This document shows positions 1-10,146 of a stretch of 44,721 nucleotides of DNA, piece by piece; position 1 is the stretch's first letter, and each line of letters starts with the position of its first letter. The DNA lies in assembly GCA_015487095.1 (NCBI GenBank), contig WFQM01000320.1:1-44721 (forward strand), written 5' to 3'. Origin of the DNA: Gammaproteobacteria bacterium. GTDB taxonomy: Bacteria; Pseudomonadota; Gammaproteobacteria; SZUA-152. The notes beneath the pieces are model-generated. The model saw only the letters and a list, made by a program, of their open reading frames with translations. It was not told the origin of the DNA and did not search any database. Position numbers and translations under genes: made by a program.

Positions 1-1
1 T

Positions 2-844
2 ATGTTGGCCGAGTTGGAAACCCTCGGTGCATTGCCTGCGCAATATCTTATTTTGGAGTTGAGCGCAGACTTGCAGGAACGTCAACGTGAAACCCTTGCT
101 GCACGGGTGCCGCATTTGCTGGAAAGAGTGTACTGGTTGCACGAATTACCTGCACCCGGTTTTCGCGGGGCAGTGGTGGCCAATGAATTGTTGGATGCAT
201 TGCCTGTTCACTGCTTTGTCACCCACAAAAACGGCTTGCAGGAACGTTGTGTGAGTTTTGCCGAGGGTCGTTTTCAATGGGTAAACAACGAGACGGATGA
301 GTTGTTATTGCCAGAGCACCTAACAGAAATCATTGCAAAACTGCCTCCGGGTTACACATCAGAAATCAATTTTGCAGCCACCGGCTGGATTCAATCCATT
401 GCTAATTTGCTGGATGCCGGGGTGGTGTTGCTGATTGATTATGGCTATGCCACTGCCGAGTATTATCATCCCCAGCGTGATGGCGGTACGTTGATGTGCC
501 ATTATCGGCATCGTGCCCATGATGATCCGTTTGTTTATCCCGGGTTACAGGATATTACCGCCCATGTGGACTTTACTGCCATTGCCGAAGCGGCGGTATC
601 TGCGGGGTTAGATGTGCGTGGTTACAATACTCAGGGAATTTTTCTGTTGGGCTGTGGCATCAGTGAACTGGCGCAACCCTTTGACGAGCTGGATGAGCGG
701 CAGCAGATATTACAAGCACAACAATTGCGTACCCTTACCTTGCCTACTGAAATGGGGGAGCGTTTTAAAGTAATTGCCCTGGCACGAGACTATCATCAGC
801 CCTTGTGTGGTTTTGTCATGCAAGATTTACGTCATCAGCTTTAA
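2..844 (+). CDS. SAM-dependent methyltransferase, MidA/NDUFAF7 family (5' truncated by window edge)
   Basis: Family motifs ANELLDALP, LLIDYG, GTLMCHYRH, PGLQDITAHVDF, EMGERFKV. Confidence 0.9.
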   Translation: MLAELETLGALPAQYLILELSADLQERQRETLAARVPHLLERVYWLHELPAPGFRGAVVANELLDALPVHCFVTHKNGLQERCVSFAEGRFQWVNNETDELLLPEHLTEIIAKLPPGYTSEINFAATGWIQSIANLLDAGVVLLIDYGYATAEYYHPQRDGGTLMCHYRHRAHDDPFVYPGLQDITAHVDFTAIAEAAVSAGLDVRGYNTQGIFLLGCGISELAQPFDELDERQQILQAQQLRTLTLPTEMGERFKVIALARDYHQPLCGFVMQDLRHQL

Positions 845-921
845 ACCTGGGTTAAATGTGAATTAAGGGCTAAATTGCCCTGTTTTCAGCGTTGCAGCAG
901 AGCCTGGGCAATGAAAACCCA

Positions 922-1015
922 ACGCAAAGGCGCGGAGACGCAGAGCGCGCAAAGAATGAAGGGATAACGGGCAAAGGTATCGCTTTGCGTTCTCTGCATC
1001 TCCGCGCCTTTGCGT
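922..1015. repeat. Intergenic 33-bp inverted repeat (REP-like hairpin)
   Basis: acgcaaaggcgcggagacgcagagcgcgcaaag (922-954) matches the reverse complement of 983-1015 with 3 mismatches; built from cgcaaag/cgcagag units. Confidence 0.85.
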
Positions 1016-1145
1016 CAGATTTTATGATGCGGTGATTCGTAGCCGGGGGATGGCCTGCTCTGCTGAATGTAAACCAATGGCTTTATTCGCCTGGATATTT
1101 TTAACACTTAATTCACATTTAAATGGAAAAACATTGGAACTGTTA

Positions 1146-1835
1146 ATGGGTAATAAATTACAACAAACTCAGGATATGCTCGCCAAACATCATCGGGATG
1201 GCGACGTTTTTGTACAATTGATGAAGGACACTTATGCCGGGCGTTTTAACGAGGATTTCTGGGCATTGTGGAATACGCGCATAGCGCCAATGTTGAGCGA
1301 ATTACCAGTGATTCTGGATTTGGGCACCGGCCCAGGCACCTTCTTGCGTGACATACATGAACGGTATCCGAAGGCCCGTGCCATTGGCGTGGAGTGTGCA
1401 GAATACATGCTGGAGGCTGCCAGCGATTTGCCGGAGGGTTGTGAAATTATCACAGCCGATTTACACGACCCTCATTTGCCGTTGGCTGATAACAGTGTCG
1501 ATGCAGTCGTTGCCTCTGTCGTGCTGCATGAAATGCACCAGCCTGTGCGCACTTTGCAAGAGATGCAGCGCTGTCTGAAACCCGGCGGTATTTTTTATGT
1601 GATGGACTGGGTGCGCGCACCGTTGGCGCAATATCTGGCAGACAGTGAGTTGGCCGTATTTGACCGGCAGACACCTGAAGAGGAATTGGAAGACCTGTTT
1701 ATTCATTTTATTGAACACAATCGGTTCAGTGTTGATGACCTGGCCTTCATGCTGGAAAACACTGGCTTCCGCGTACTGGAAAAAACACTGCTGAAGGAAG
1801 GGCGCATGGCGCGCCTTGTCGCGGAGAAAAAATAA
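1146..1835 (+). CDS. Class I SAM-dependent methyltransferase (UbiE/Methyltransf_11-like)
   Basis: ILDLGTGPG motif I, LPLADNSVDAVV, LKPGG; ATG at 1146 preferred over the track start at 1032. Confidence 0.85.
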   Translation: MGNKLQQTQDMLAKHHRDGDVFVQLMKDTYAGRFNEDFWALWNTRIAPMLSELPVILDLGTGPGTFLRDIHERYPKARAIGVECAEYMLEAASDLPEGCEIITADLHDPHLPLADNSVDAVVASVVLHEMHQPVRTLQEMQRCLKPGGIFYVMDWVRAPLAQYLADSELAVFDRQTPEEELEDLFIHFIEHNRFSVDDLAFMLENTGFRVLEKTLLKEGRMARLVAEKK

Positions 1836-1841
1836 ACCGCT

Positions 1842-2639
1842 ATGGATGCATTACACGCTGTTTTTCTTGCTCTGGTACAGGGTTTTTCTGAATTCCTTCC
1901 CGTTTCCAGTTCCGCACATCTTATTTTATTGCCGCGTTTGCTGGGCTGGCCGGATCAGGGGCTGGCCTTTGATGTCGCTGTACACGTTGGCACGCTGAGC
2001 GCGGTGGTATTGTATTTTCGTCGCGAGCTGGTGCCCATGACGCAGGACTGGGTGCAGTCAGTGCTTACTCGTAAGCAAACTGCAAATAGTCGGCTGGCCT
2101 GGGCGGTATTATGGGGTACTGTTCCCGTAGGGCTGGCAGGCCTGCTGTTAAAAGGTTTTATTGAAAATAACTTGCGTTCGGAGTTGGTCATTGCTGCGGC
2201 AACCATAGGCTTTGCTCTAGTGCTGTGGTGGGCGGATAGCAAAGGCCGGGGTCAGCGTGATGAATACAGCCTGCGTATCAGTGATATTGCTATTATTGGT
2301 GTTGCTCAGGCATTGGCGTTGATTCCGGGTACTTCACGTTCCGGTGCGACAATGACGGCGGGATTGATGCTGGGGTTGTCGCGTGAGGCGGCGGCACGCT
2401 TTTCATTTCTGCTGTCGATTCCGGTGATTACCCTGGCCGGGGGATTGCTGACACTGGATTTGATCCAGGATCCCGGTCAGGTGGATTGGCGGGCTATGGT
2501 TATCGGAGTGATGACTTCGGCGATTACCGCCTATTTGTGTATACACTTTTTTCTGAAGCTGCTGGAACGCATCGGCATGTTACCTTTTGTGATTTATCGT
2601 TTATTGCTGGGGGGGCTGCTGATTTATCTGTTTGCCTGA
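1842..2639 (+). CDS. uppP: Undecaprenyl-diphosphate phosphatase (BacA)
   Basis: VQGFSEFLPVSSSAH and ALIPGTSRSGATM signatures; multiple TM segments. Confidence 0.96.
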   Translation: MDALHAVFLALVQGFSEFLPVSSSAHLILLPRLLGWPDQGLAFDVAVHVGTLSAVVLYFRRELVPMTQDWVQSVLTRKQTANSRLAWAVLWGTVPVGLAGLLLKGFIENNLRSELVIAAATIGFALVLWWADSKGRGQRDEYSLRISDIAIIGVAQALALIPGTSRSGATMTAGLMLGLSREAAARFSFLLSIPVITLAGGLLTLDLIQDPGQVDWRAMVIGVMTSAITAYLCIHFFLKLLERIGMLPFVIYRLLLGGLLIYLFA

Positions 2640-3226
2640 GCCTGTTTAACCAGTCCCCATGTCAGCAAACCCAAGCCCAGCAAAGACAATGTGCCCTGGT
2701 AGTAAGGGTAGAATTCAAAGTCACTAAAGCCCAGTCCATAAAAGGCCACAAAACCTACCCAGGTAGCACCGGAGCAGTGTTCGATGGCCGTCATGTAGGT
2801 GAAAGCGGTTACCAGCAGCACAACCCCCAACAGTCCGCGCAACAGGCCGGTATTGTGTTGCGCAGTTTGTCGGGCACGATTGATCAGTTGCCCACCGAGC
2901 AGGGCAGCAAACAGGTAAACCAGGAGAGTAATGCTGTCGTATTGCAGTGTCCATAAATTCAACCCGCTACGTGGATCCTGATGGATAAACACAAACAGCG
3001 ATTTGGTAACAATAAATTTCAGTGCGCTGAGTGGTTGCTCCTGCCAGATGAGTTGGAACATGGCGATGTCGGCCCCGATGGGGAACAGCATGTGATTGAC
3101 CATGCCTCCATTAAGCAGGACCATGGCAGCCAGACCGATAACAAAAAAGCTGACAAACAACAATGCGCTCATTGATAGCCAGTGATTTGGTTTTTTGGGC
3201 GGGTGAACAATCAGGGTTTTATCCAT
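2624..3226 (-). CDS. Hypothetical integral membrane protein
   Basis: 200-aa ORF with about 4-5 hydrophobic segments filling the uppP-apaH gap; overlaps the uppP 3' end by 16 bp. Confidence 0.7.
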   Translation of the reverse strand: MDKTLIVHPPKKPNHWLSMSALLFVSFFVIGLAAMVLLNGGMVNHMLFPIGADIAMFQLIWQEQPLSALKFIVTKSLFVFIHQDPRSGLNLWTLQYDSITLLVYLFAALLGGQLINRARQTAQHNTGLLRGLLGVVLLVTAFTYMTAIEHCSGATWVGFVAFYGLGFSDFEFYPYYQGTLSLLGLGLLTWGLVKQAQANR

Positions 3227-3307
3227 GGCTGGAGTTTACCTGAACTGTGTGTCTTGCGTGTTATTCTACGCAGGAATATTTGCTTAATGGGCTCCACAGG
3301 TTGAAAA

Positions 3308-4141
3308 ATGGCGATTTACGCAATAGGTGATATCCAGGGGTGTTACGACGAGCTGATGAGCTTGCTGGAGTTGATTCATTTTGATCCGGCAGATGATCAG
3401 GTATGGTTTGTCGGCGATCTGGTCAACCGTGGTCCGGCATCGTTACAGGTGCTGCGTACGGTGCGCGAGCTGGGCAACAGTGCGATAACGGTATTGGGTA
3501 ATCATGACTTGCATCTATTGGCTGTGGCTGAAGGCAGCAGATCTCCTCACAAAAATGATACGCTGGGTGATATTCTTTCTGCCCCGGATCGTGATGAATT
3601 ACTGGTATGGTTACGCCAACAACCGTTGATGCATCACGATCCGGCACTGAATGTCGTTCTGGTTCATGCGGGTCTGCCGCCGCAATGGGATCTGGCCATG
3701 GCGCAAGCTTGCGCAAAAGAAGTGGAAATCGTTTTGCGTAGTGATTATTACACGGCTTTTTTTCAGCACATGTACGGCAACCAGCCCGATGTGTGGCGTG
3801 ATGACCTGGAAGGCTGGGACCGATTGCGTTTTATTACCAACAGTTTTACACGGCTGCGTTATTGCGACACCACAGGGCATTTTGATTTTAAAGCCAAGGG
3901 TGAACCGGGTACACAGCCTGAAGGTTATCTGCCGTGGTTTGAAATACCTGGGCGGCGTAGCGAAGATTTGCGTATTGTTTTTGGGCATTGGTCCACACTG
4001 GGTTTACGTCGGGAACGCCATATTATCTCGCTAGATACGGGGTGCCTGTGGGGTAAACAACTGACAGCAGTACGGTTGGGCGGAAATGATGCGGTTTTTT
4101 GCGTAGAATGCTCAGGGTATCGTTGCCCAGGAAGTGGATAA
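3308..4141 (+). CDS. apaH: Symmetrical bis(5'-nucleosyl)-tetraphosphatase
   Basis: GDIQGC, GDLVNRGP, LGNHDLHLL, HAGLPPQW, FGHWS, LDTGCLWG. Confidence 0.96.
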   Translation: MAIYAIGDIQGCYDELMSLLELIHFDPADDQVWFVGDLVNRGPASLQVLRTVRELGNSAITVLGNHDLHLLAVAEGSRSPHKNDTLGDILSAPDRDELLVWLRQQPLMHHDPALNVVLVHAGLPPQWDLAMAQACAKEVEIVLRSDYYTAFFQHMYGNQPDVWRDDLEGWDRLRFITNSFTRLRYCDTTGHFDFKAKGEPGTQPEGYLPWFEIPGRRSEDLRIVFGHWSTLGLRRERHIISLDTGCLWGKQLTAVRLGGNDAVFCVECSGYRCPGSG

Positions 4142-4197
4142 TGAAAACTTTTTCGTGGGACATATTTGTTTAAGCAGGTAACAAACAGGATTTTGAA

Positions 4198-4707
4198 ATG
4201 AAAAATACATATTTTCGTGTGTTGGGCTTTGTTTTTTTGTCAGCAGTTATGGTTACAGTACAGGCTGCACCACAGGCGAAAGTTGTTGAACGTGGTTATT
4301 ATAACTTTATCGATGAGACCGAGCGTCTGGCATCGCCGTTGATTTCTTCAGGTTATGTGAAACGTGGCGAAGCCGAGTTGGTGAAAGATACGCAGCGTAT
4401 TCCTTTGGAAATAGGGCGCTTGTTTGGCTTTCGTTTTCATATCTCCGGGATCGATAGAAATATTGGTGTTATTCCCTTGGAGCTGGTTGTTGTACACCCG
4501 GAAATGAAAAAGTCTGATGGCTCCATTTCCTCGGGCTATCGCTATAACGTACATTTAAAGCTTAATAACGGCATGGTGGAAGACCAGGTTGGTTATAGCA
4601 TCAATGAAGATTTTGAAATGGTTGAAGGTGACTGGCAGTTTGAGTTTCTCTTTATGAACAAAACGCTGCTTAAACAAACGTTCACAACTTATTTACAGGA
4701 TAAATAA
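4198..4707 (+). CDS. Exported protein, DUF3859-like
   Basis: Signal peptide ending VQA; IPLEIGRLFGFRF, HPEM, MVEGDWQFE resemble DUF3859. Confidence 0.65.
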   Translation: MKNTYFRVLGFVFLSAVMVTVQAAPQAKVVERGYYNFIDETERLASPLISSGYVKRGEAELVKDTQRIPLEIGRLFGFRFHISGIDRNIGVIPLELVVVHPEMKKSDGSISSGYRYNVHLKLNNGMVEDQVGYSINEDFEMVEGDWQFEFLFMNKTLLKQTFTTYLQDK

Positions 4708-4708
4708 T

Positions 4709-5083
4709 ATGGATGATAAACTCAGGCAAAATATGACAGCTTCTGAAACCTGGATGCGCGGACTGTTTATGTTGTTGTTTGTTTTTTTATTGGTGGTGGC
4801 ACGAGTAGTGACAGGTGCGGTGGTGGTGATCCAGTTTTTGTTTACGGTATTTACCGGGCAATGCAATGCTAATTTGCGTGAGTTTGGTGCGAGTCTGGCA
4901 ATGTATGTTTATCGGGCATTATTGTTTGTGACTTATAACAGCGAGGACAAGCCCTTTCCCTTTGCTCCGTGGCCATCCCGTGATGATGCTGAGCTGGTTG
5001 TCGATACCGTTGCACAGCCTGTTGCTGAAACACCCGTGGATACACTGGAATCGGATGAACCAGACAAACGCCCCTGTTCCTGA
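4709..5083 (+). CDS. DUF4389-family membrane protein
   Basis: WMRGLFMLLF ... VIQFLFTVFTG ... NLREFG ... TYNSEDKPFPF pattern. Confidence 0.8.
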   Translation: MDDKLRQNMTASETWMRGLFMLLFVFLLVVARVVTGAVVVIQFLFTVFTGQCNANLREFGASLAMYVYRALLFVTYNSEDKPFPFAPWPSRDDAELVVDTVAQPVAETPVDTLESDEPDKRPCS

Positions 5084-5262
5084 ATGACCTTTTTTATTGA
5101 GCGGTTAGTCCGTGTTTGCAAATCACTGCGACACAAATCTGCTCTCTTTTTATACAAAATCAGGTTATAATTCCCGCCCCACATAACCGCTGTCATGTGC
5201 AGTTTCATAAACTGACACCATTGGCGGCAACCCCTTTGGCAACTAACCACCCTGTGCATCCT

Positions 5263-7491
5263 ATGCAGTCTGCTCCTGATATTTTTTCCTACCGCAAGTT
5301 CTGGGCCCAACGTTTTGGCCCGGCACCGCAATTGCCTATGTCTCGTGAAGAGATGGACGCGCTGGGCTGGGATTCATGTGATGTGATTCTGGTGACGGGG
5401 GATGCTTATGTGGATCATCCCAGCTTTGGTATGGCCGTGATCGGTCGAGTGTTGGAAGCGCAGGGTTTTCGTGTTGGTATTATTGCCCAGCCGGATTGGA
5501 CCAGTGCCAATGATTTTCAAAGGTTGGGCCGACCCAATCTGTTTTTTGGTATCACTGGCGGCAATATGGATTCCATGGTGAATCGTTATACCTCGGACCG
5601 TAAAAAACGTTCCAACGATGCTTATACCGCTAATGGCGAAGGCGGCAAGCGGCCTGACCGTTGCGTGGTGGTTTACAGTCAACGCGCGCGTGAAGCATAC
5701 AAAGGGGTGCCCATTATTATCGGCGGCATCGAGGCCAGCCTGCGGCGCATCGCGCACTTTGATTATTGGTCGGAAAAAGTACGACGTTCAGTGTTGCTGG
5801 ATGCCAAGGCGGATTTGTTGGTGTACGGTAATGCCGAACGACAGATCGTGGAAATTGCACATCGTTTGTCGCAACGGGAGGCCGTTGAAAATATCACCGA
5901 TGTACGTGGCACAGTGTTTGCCTGTCGCGACAGCAACGGCCGCCCTGAACGCTTACCAAAAGATTGGGCAGTGCTTGATTCCACCGAGCTGGATAAACCC
6001 GGCATCGTTGAAGCGCCAATTGATCCTTATCTTGCAACCGGGGTGATAGCGGAACAGGGCGCGCCCTGCGTAAGTGGAGGGGAACAAACGAATGAAAAAA
6101 ATAAGAGCGTAGTGGTGACAATCACGCCCGTGCCTGCCGCAATCAACAAACGTCCAGCCGCAGATAAAACCCTGGTCTGTCTGCCTGACTATCATCATGT
6201 GCGAGAGGACCGGGTATTGTATGCCCATGCCTCACGGGTGTTTCACAAAGAAACCAATCCCGGCAATGCACGCGCGATTTATCAGTCGCACGGTACTCGC
6301 GGTGTATGGATGAACCCACCACCGATTCCCTTGCAAACCGAAGAGCTGGATCAAGTGTTTGAGTTGCCGTATACACGCAAACCGCACACTGCCTATGGCA
6401 AGGCTAATATCCCTGCCTACGAAATGATCCGTTTTTCTGTGAACATAATGCGCGGCTGTTTTGGTGGTTGTACCTTCTGCTCCATTACCGAGCATGAAGG
6501 GCGCATTATCCAGAGTCGTTCCGAGGATTCCATTATTCGTGAAGTGGAGGCCATTCGTGACAGCGTACCGGGTTTTACCGGCGTGATTTCCGATCTTGGT
6601 GGCCCCACCGCAAATATGTATCGGCTCACTTGCAATGATCCAAAAATTGAAGCCAGTTGTCGGCGTCCATCCTGTGTACATCCGGGGATTTGTAAAAACC
6701 TTGGTACCAATCATCAGCCACTGATCCAGCTCTATCGACGTGCGCGAAAGTTGTCGGGGATTAAAAAAGTGTTGATTGCCTCCGGGTTACGTTATGACCT
6801 TGCCGTGGAATCACCCGAATATGTTAAGGAGCTGGTGACTCATCATGTGGGTGGCTATTTAAAGATAGCCCCGGAGCATACTGAAACTGGCCCATTATCA
6901 AAAATGATGAAACCCGGCATGGGGACTTATGATCGTTTCAAAAGAATGTTCGATAAATACAGCAAGGCTGCGGGTAAGGAGCAATACCTCATCCCCTATT
7001 TTATTTCGGCTCACCCCGGTACCACGGACGAAGATATGATGAACCTTGCCATTTGGTTAAAGGCTAATGGTTTTCGTGCAGACCAGGTACAAAATTTCCT
7101 GCCTTCACCTATGGCTACAGCCACGGCCATGTATCATTCTGGCAAAGACCCTCTGCATAAAGTAGGTTCACGCAGTGATGTGGTGCCAGTAGCAAAAGGT
7201 GCTAATGCCCGGCGTTTACACAAAGCTTTTTTGCGTTATCACGATGCCAATAATTGGCCGTTGTTACGCAAGGCATTAAAGCGCATGGGACGTGCAGACT
7301 TGATTGGCAATGGTAAACGGCATTTGATTCCGGTATGGCAGCCGAGAGGAACCGGTGATGATGTTGGAGGGCAGAGGGCAGGAAAGACAGTGCGTACCCA
7401 ACATACGGGGTTGCCGAAAAACCCTAAGGCGATAAAAACAAAGCCTGCGCAAGCAAAATCCTCAAGAAAAGGTCGGCCGAAAAAGCGATAA
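5263..7491 (+). CDS. ygiQ: YgiQ-family radical SAM protein (UPF0313)
   Basis: [19 protein letters not shown], CxxxCxxC (CFGGCTFC), [17 protein letters not shown], basic tail; ATG at 5263 preferred. Confidence 0.93.
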   Translation: MQSAPDIFSYRKFWAQRFGPAPQLPMSREEMDALGWDSCDVILVTGDAYVDHPSFGMAVIGRVLEAQGFRVGIIAQPDWTSANDFQRLGRPNLFFGITGGNMDSMVNRYTSDRKKRSNDAYTANGEGGKRPDRCVVVYSQRAREAYKGVPIIIGGIEASLRRIAHFDYWSEKVRRSVLLDAKADLLVYGNAERQIVEIAHRLSQREAVENITDVRGTVFACRDSNGRPERLPKDWAVLDSTELDKPGIVEAPIDPYLATGVIAEQGAPCVSGGEQTNEKNKSVVVTITPVPAAINKRPAADKTLVCLPDYHHVREDRVLYAHASRVFHKETNPGNARAIYQSHGTRGVWMNPPPIPLQTEELDQVFELPYTRKPHTAYGKANIPAYEMIRFSVNIMRGCFGGCTFCSITEHEGRIIQSRSEDSIIREVEAIRDSVPGFTGVISDLGGPTANMYRLTCNDPKIEASCRRPSCVHPGICKNLGTNHQPLIQLYRRARKLSGIKKVLIASGLRYDLAVESPEYVKELVTHHVGGYLKIAPEHTETGPLSKMMKPGMGTYDRFKRMFDKYSKAAGKEQYLIPYFISAHPGTTDEDMMNLAIWLKANGFRADQVQNFLPSPMATATAMYHSGKDPLHKVGSRSDVVPVAKGANARRLHKAFLRYHDANNWPLLRKALKRMGRADLIGNGKRHLIPVWQPRGTGDDVGGQRAGKTVRTQHTGLPKNPKAIKTKPAQAKSSRKGRPKKR

Positions 7492-7507
7492 TTATTTTGG
7501 ATATTTT

Positions 7508-9100
7508 TCAGCCAGTAGAGTCCTGCCGACATTCCTTGCAATAAACCTTACCCAGTCGAACATGATATTGCACACGTTCGCCCACCAATATTTCCTGCTG
7601 GCAGCTATCACAAAGTGTTGCATCATCCATAGTCATTTCATCAAAACCTTCAACCGGCAGCTCTTTGCCAAACACTATTTTTTTCCAGGGTTTATCTTTG
7701 ACGATATCTTTTCGGTATATTTCTTCTATCGCACGGAAGCGTCTTACTAAATATTCCGGTACGCCAAAGCGTCTCAGGCTTGATTCCATTAATGCTTCAC
7801 GATGGTCAAGCAGCTCATCAGAAATTACCATCCAATGATGGGCGCTGCGTGGGCGTTCACCAAAATAAACATCTTCACCTGTTAGCACCTGACACATAAA
7901 ATTATATTGTTTCTCAATCAGGCGTTGTTTAGTAGCGCCTTCAAAAAAAGGAGACAGCAATGGATCATCGTAGACATGGTCATAAAAATCGATCAATACT
8001 TTTGACAAAAGACGACCTTCATCGAGTCCTTTCCAAAGCTCAAGGTCTGGATCAGGATAGTTGCGGAGTTCTGCACAGCGAATGCGTTCTGCTGTGTCGG
8101 CATCTGTATCATTTAGATTGGCGTCATTAACGCTAGCCCAGTCCCAGAATGGGTCGGCGTGAATTTCCTGCGGGTTAGCGCCTGCCGTCTGAGTGGCTTG
8201 TTGCATGTCTTCCACCATCTTTGGGTGGCCGCATAAATAAACCCGCCATCCTTTCAGGTCTGTATGGTCTGCCAAGGCAATATCATTAGCGCGTCCGGCC
8301 CGATGATTTCTCGGGGTTGCATGCCCTGAAACACACGAAACAGGATGAAAATTATCATGCTGTTCAGACAGTTGCTTCAAAATGGGTTGTAAATATAAAC
8401 CGTGTGGATATCGGCTACCATGATACAAATGAATGGGGCCGGTATGTCCGCTGGAAAGCGCATCACGTACAATTCCCAGCAATGGAGATAAACCTGTTCC
8501 GGTACCGATTAATAGTAATGGCTGGTGTTGCTCACCGGGTACATAATAATTGCTGCCTACGGCTCCCTGAAAATCAAGTTCATCATTTTCTGACAGTTCA
8601 TCAAATATCCAGTTACTCATTACACCATTGGATACACGCTTGACATGAATCTCCAGAAAATAATCTTCCTGTGGCACACTGGATAATGAGTAGCTTCGCA
8701 TCTCACCTTGTTGGTTGCGGATATTAATAAACTGTCCGGGGTGATAATAAAGTTGTGTAGCGGGCTCCAGTAATAAGCGACATACATCAGGTGCCAGTAA
8801 TTCTTTTTTGTAAACAACTGCCCGGTTAAATAAATCAGTATCTCGTGGCAGGGAGATTTCCATGTCGTTTTCGGGCATACATTTGCAGATTAGAAAATAA
8901 TCTTTTTCTTTTAGTGTTTCCCGTAATCCTTTTTGGGCTTTTGGCGGTATAAGTCCATTTTCACAGCGCTGTAAACAAACATGACAGATGCCATTCCCGC
9001 ACGAAAAAGGAACGGTTATCCCGTGGCGCATAAAAACCTGTAAAATGGTTTCGTTTTCACGGCACTGGTAACTTTTTCCTTGGAAGTAAATTTTATTCAT
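7508..9100 (-). CDS. Fusion: 2Fe-2S ferredoxin + FAD/NAD(P)H ferredoxin reductase + group I truncated globin + C-terminal Cys4 finger
   Basis: CGNGICHVC...C; RSYSLSS, GTGTGLSP, YLCGHPKM; DFYDHV..DPLLSPFF..Q..F..LTG..Y.G....AH globin pattern; CDSC...CKEC tail. Confidence 0.85.
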   Translation of the reverse strand: MNKIYFQGKSYQCRENETILQVFMRHGITVPFSCGNGICHVCLQRCENGLIPPKAQKGLRETLKEKDYFLICKCMPENDMEISLPRDTDLFNRAVVYKKELLAPDVCRLLLEPATQLYYHPGQFINIRNQQGEMRSYSLSSVPQEDYFLEIHVKRVSNGVMSNWIFDELSENDELDFQGAVGSNYYVPGEQHQPLLLIGTGTGLSPLLGIVRDALSSGHTGPIHLYHGSRYPHGLYLQPILKQLSEQHDNFHPVSCVSGHATPRNHRAGRANDIALADHTDLKGWRVYLCGHPKMVEDMQQATQTAGANPQEIHADPFWDWASVNDANLNDTDADTAERIRCAELRNYPDPDLELWKGLDEGRLLSKVLIDFYDHVYDDPLLSPFFEGATKQRLIEKQYNFMCQVLTGEDVYFGERPRSAHHWMVISDELLDHREALMESSLRRFGVPEYLVRRFRAIEEIYRKDIVKDKPWKKIVFGKELPVEGFDEMTMDDATLCDSCQQEILVGERVQYHVRLGKVYCKECRQDSTG

Positions 9101-9506
9101 GTTTTTTTTGATTGGCATCATATTTTTCAGAGTGGCTGTGTATAACAGGGATTTTTATATAATTTTCTTTTAGGATATGGATATTAACGGCCGTTTTGGC
9201 AAGGTCGGCAATATTTTTAAAGCCTTTGCGCAGCACGATTTGTAGTAGAAAATCAGAGTTGCAATCATACTCACGACATACTTTTGGCCGCTTTTTCCAG
9301 TTGGTGCAGCGGCTATTGTTACGATCAAAGTGGATGCAGTAACCTTCCGAATCTTTATCGACGAAACCTTTGGGTGGAGTGTTGCCATTCGCGGGCTCCA
9401 TTTCATCAGGCTGTAAACGTACCAGTTTTCGACAACAAAAAGTTGCACAGCCCATACGCTGCCCTTCATCACAATTTACAAGGTATGTTTTTTTGCAGTT
9501 ATCCAT
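9093..9506 (-). CDS. YkgJ-family cysteine-cluster protein
   Basis: C..GCATFCC, CIHFD, RCTNWKKRPKVCREYDC; stop overlaps the start of the globin fusion. Confidence 0.8.
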   Translation of the reverse strand: MDNCKKTYLVNCDEGQRMGCATFCCRKLVRLQPDEMEPANGNTPPKGFVDKDSEGYCIHFDRNNSRCTNWKKRPKVCREYDCNSDFLLQIVLRKGFKNIADLAKTAVNIHILKENYIKIPVIHSHSEKYDANQKKHE

Positions 9507-9562
9507 TTTACCCCCGTAGTTTTTCGGGATAACTATTCAATTAATCGATAAAAGCTTATTTA

Positions 9563-9592
9563 TATACCCGTGGCGATTGAGGTTCAGGTATA
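9563..9592. repeat. 30-bp collapsed remnant of the ERIC-like element at 25276
   Basis: tatacccgtggcgattgaggttcaggtata versus tatacccgtagcgattgagatttagg at 25276. Confidence 0.65.
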
Positions 9593-9638
9593 TGTTATCA
9601 CTTGGCACTATCTGCTACTGACAGGGTTCTACAATAAG

Positions 9639-9683
9639 ATGCCAGTGAATTTGTTGCATAACCAAGAACAAACTCACTGGCAT
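9639..9683 (-). terminator. Stem-loop, probable terminator of the G-protein operon
   Basis: 17-bp inverted repeat atgccagtgaatttgtt / aacaaactcactggcat (1 mismatch) just downstream of the stop at 9710; weak U tract. Confidence 0.55.
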
Positions 9684-9709
9684 ATAATCTTTATATTTTC
9701 AGATTTTAC

Positions 9710-10114
9710 CTAAATAGCCGCTTCAATAGACGGCATAGACGAACGCGATTTCGTCAGAACCATACCGAGGTTGGCTGATTTTCGACAAACAAAAGTCGCT
9801 ACATGTTCTTCATTGCTTTTGGAACGTAAAAATACGTGTAACAAATTATCACTGTTAATAATGATTTCCTGAAAATAATGGTGGTTATCATTTTCCACTC
9901 CGCGGGCCTTTTTGAACATACTTTCAATCAGGGACACATTGGTTCCCTGAAAAAGGTCTGCGGTTGCAGCAGCAACAACCTCCAGCACTTCAGCCGGGTG
10001 TGAGTCCACAGTCTTGGCGCTTAGTAGCATACCGGTGCTGAGGTCCACGAAACCTGCGGCGACACATTCCGGAATGGATGCGATGGCTGTTTGTAGGGCT
10101 TTATCTAATGACAT
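9710..10114 (-). CDS. Roadblock/LC7 (MglB-like) fold protein
   Basis: 134 aa; IPECVAAGFVDLSTGMLL...VAAATADLF...EIIINSDNLLHVF...ANLGMV roadblock/profilin-like pattern; AAGGAG RBS before ATG 10114. Confidence 0.7.
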   Translation of the reverse strand: MSLDKALQTAIASIPECVAAGFVDLSTGMLLSAKTVDSHPAEVLEVVAAATADLFQGTNVSLIESMFKKARGVENDNHHYFQEIIINSDNLLHVFLRSKSNEEHVATFVCRKSANLGMVLTKSRSSMPSIEAAI

Positions 10115-10146
10115 TTTTTTCTCCTTGATAGTAAATGATATGCGGT

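Noticed and set aside
9602-9617. TGGCAC...TGC sigma-54-like promoter
   Set aside because: GG-to-GC spacing is 8 rather than 10, and it faces away from the adjacent minus-strand genes.
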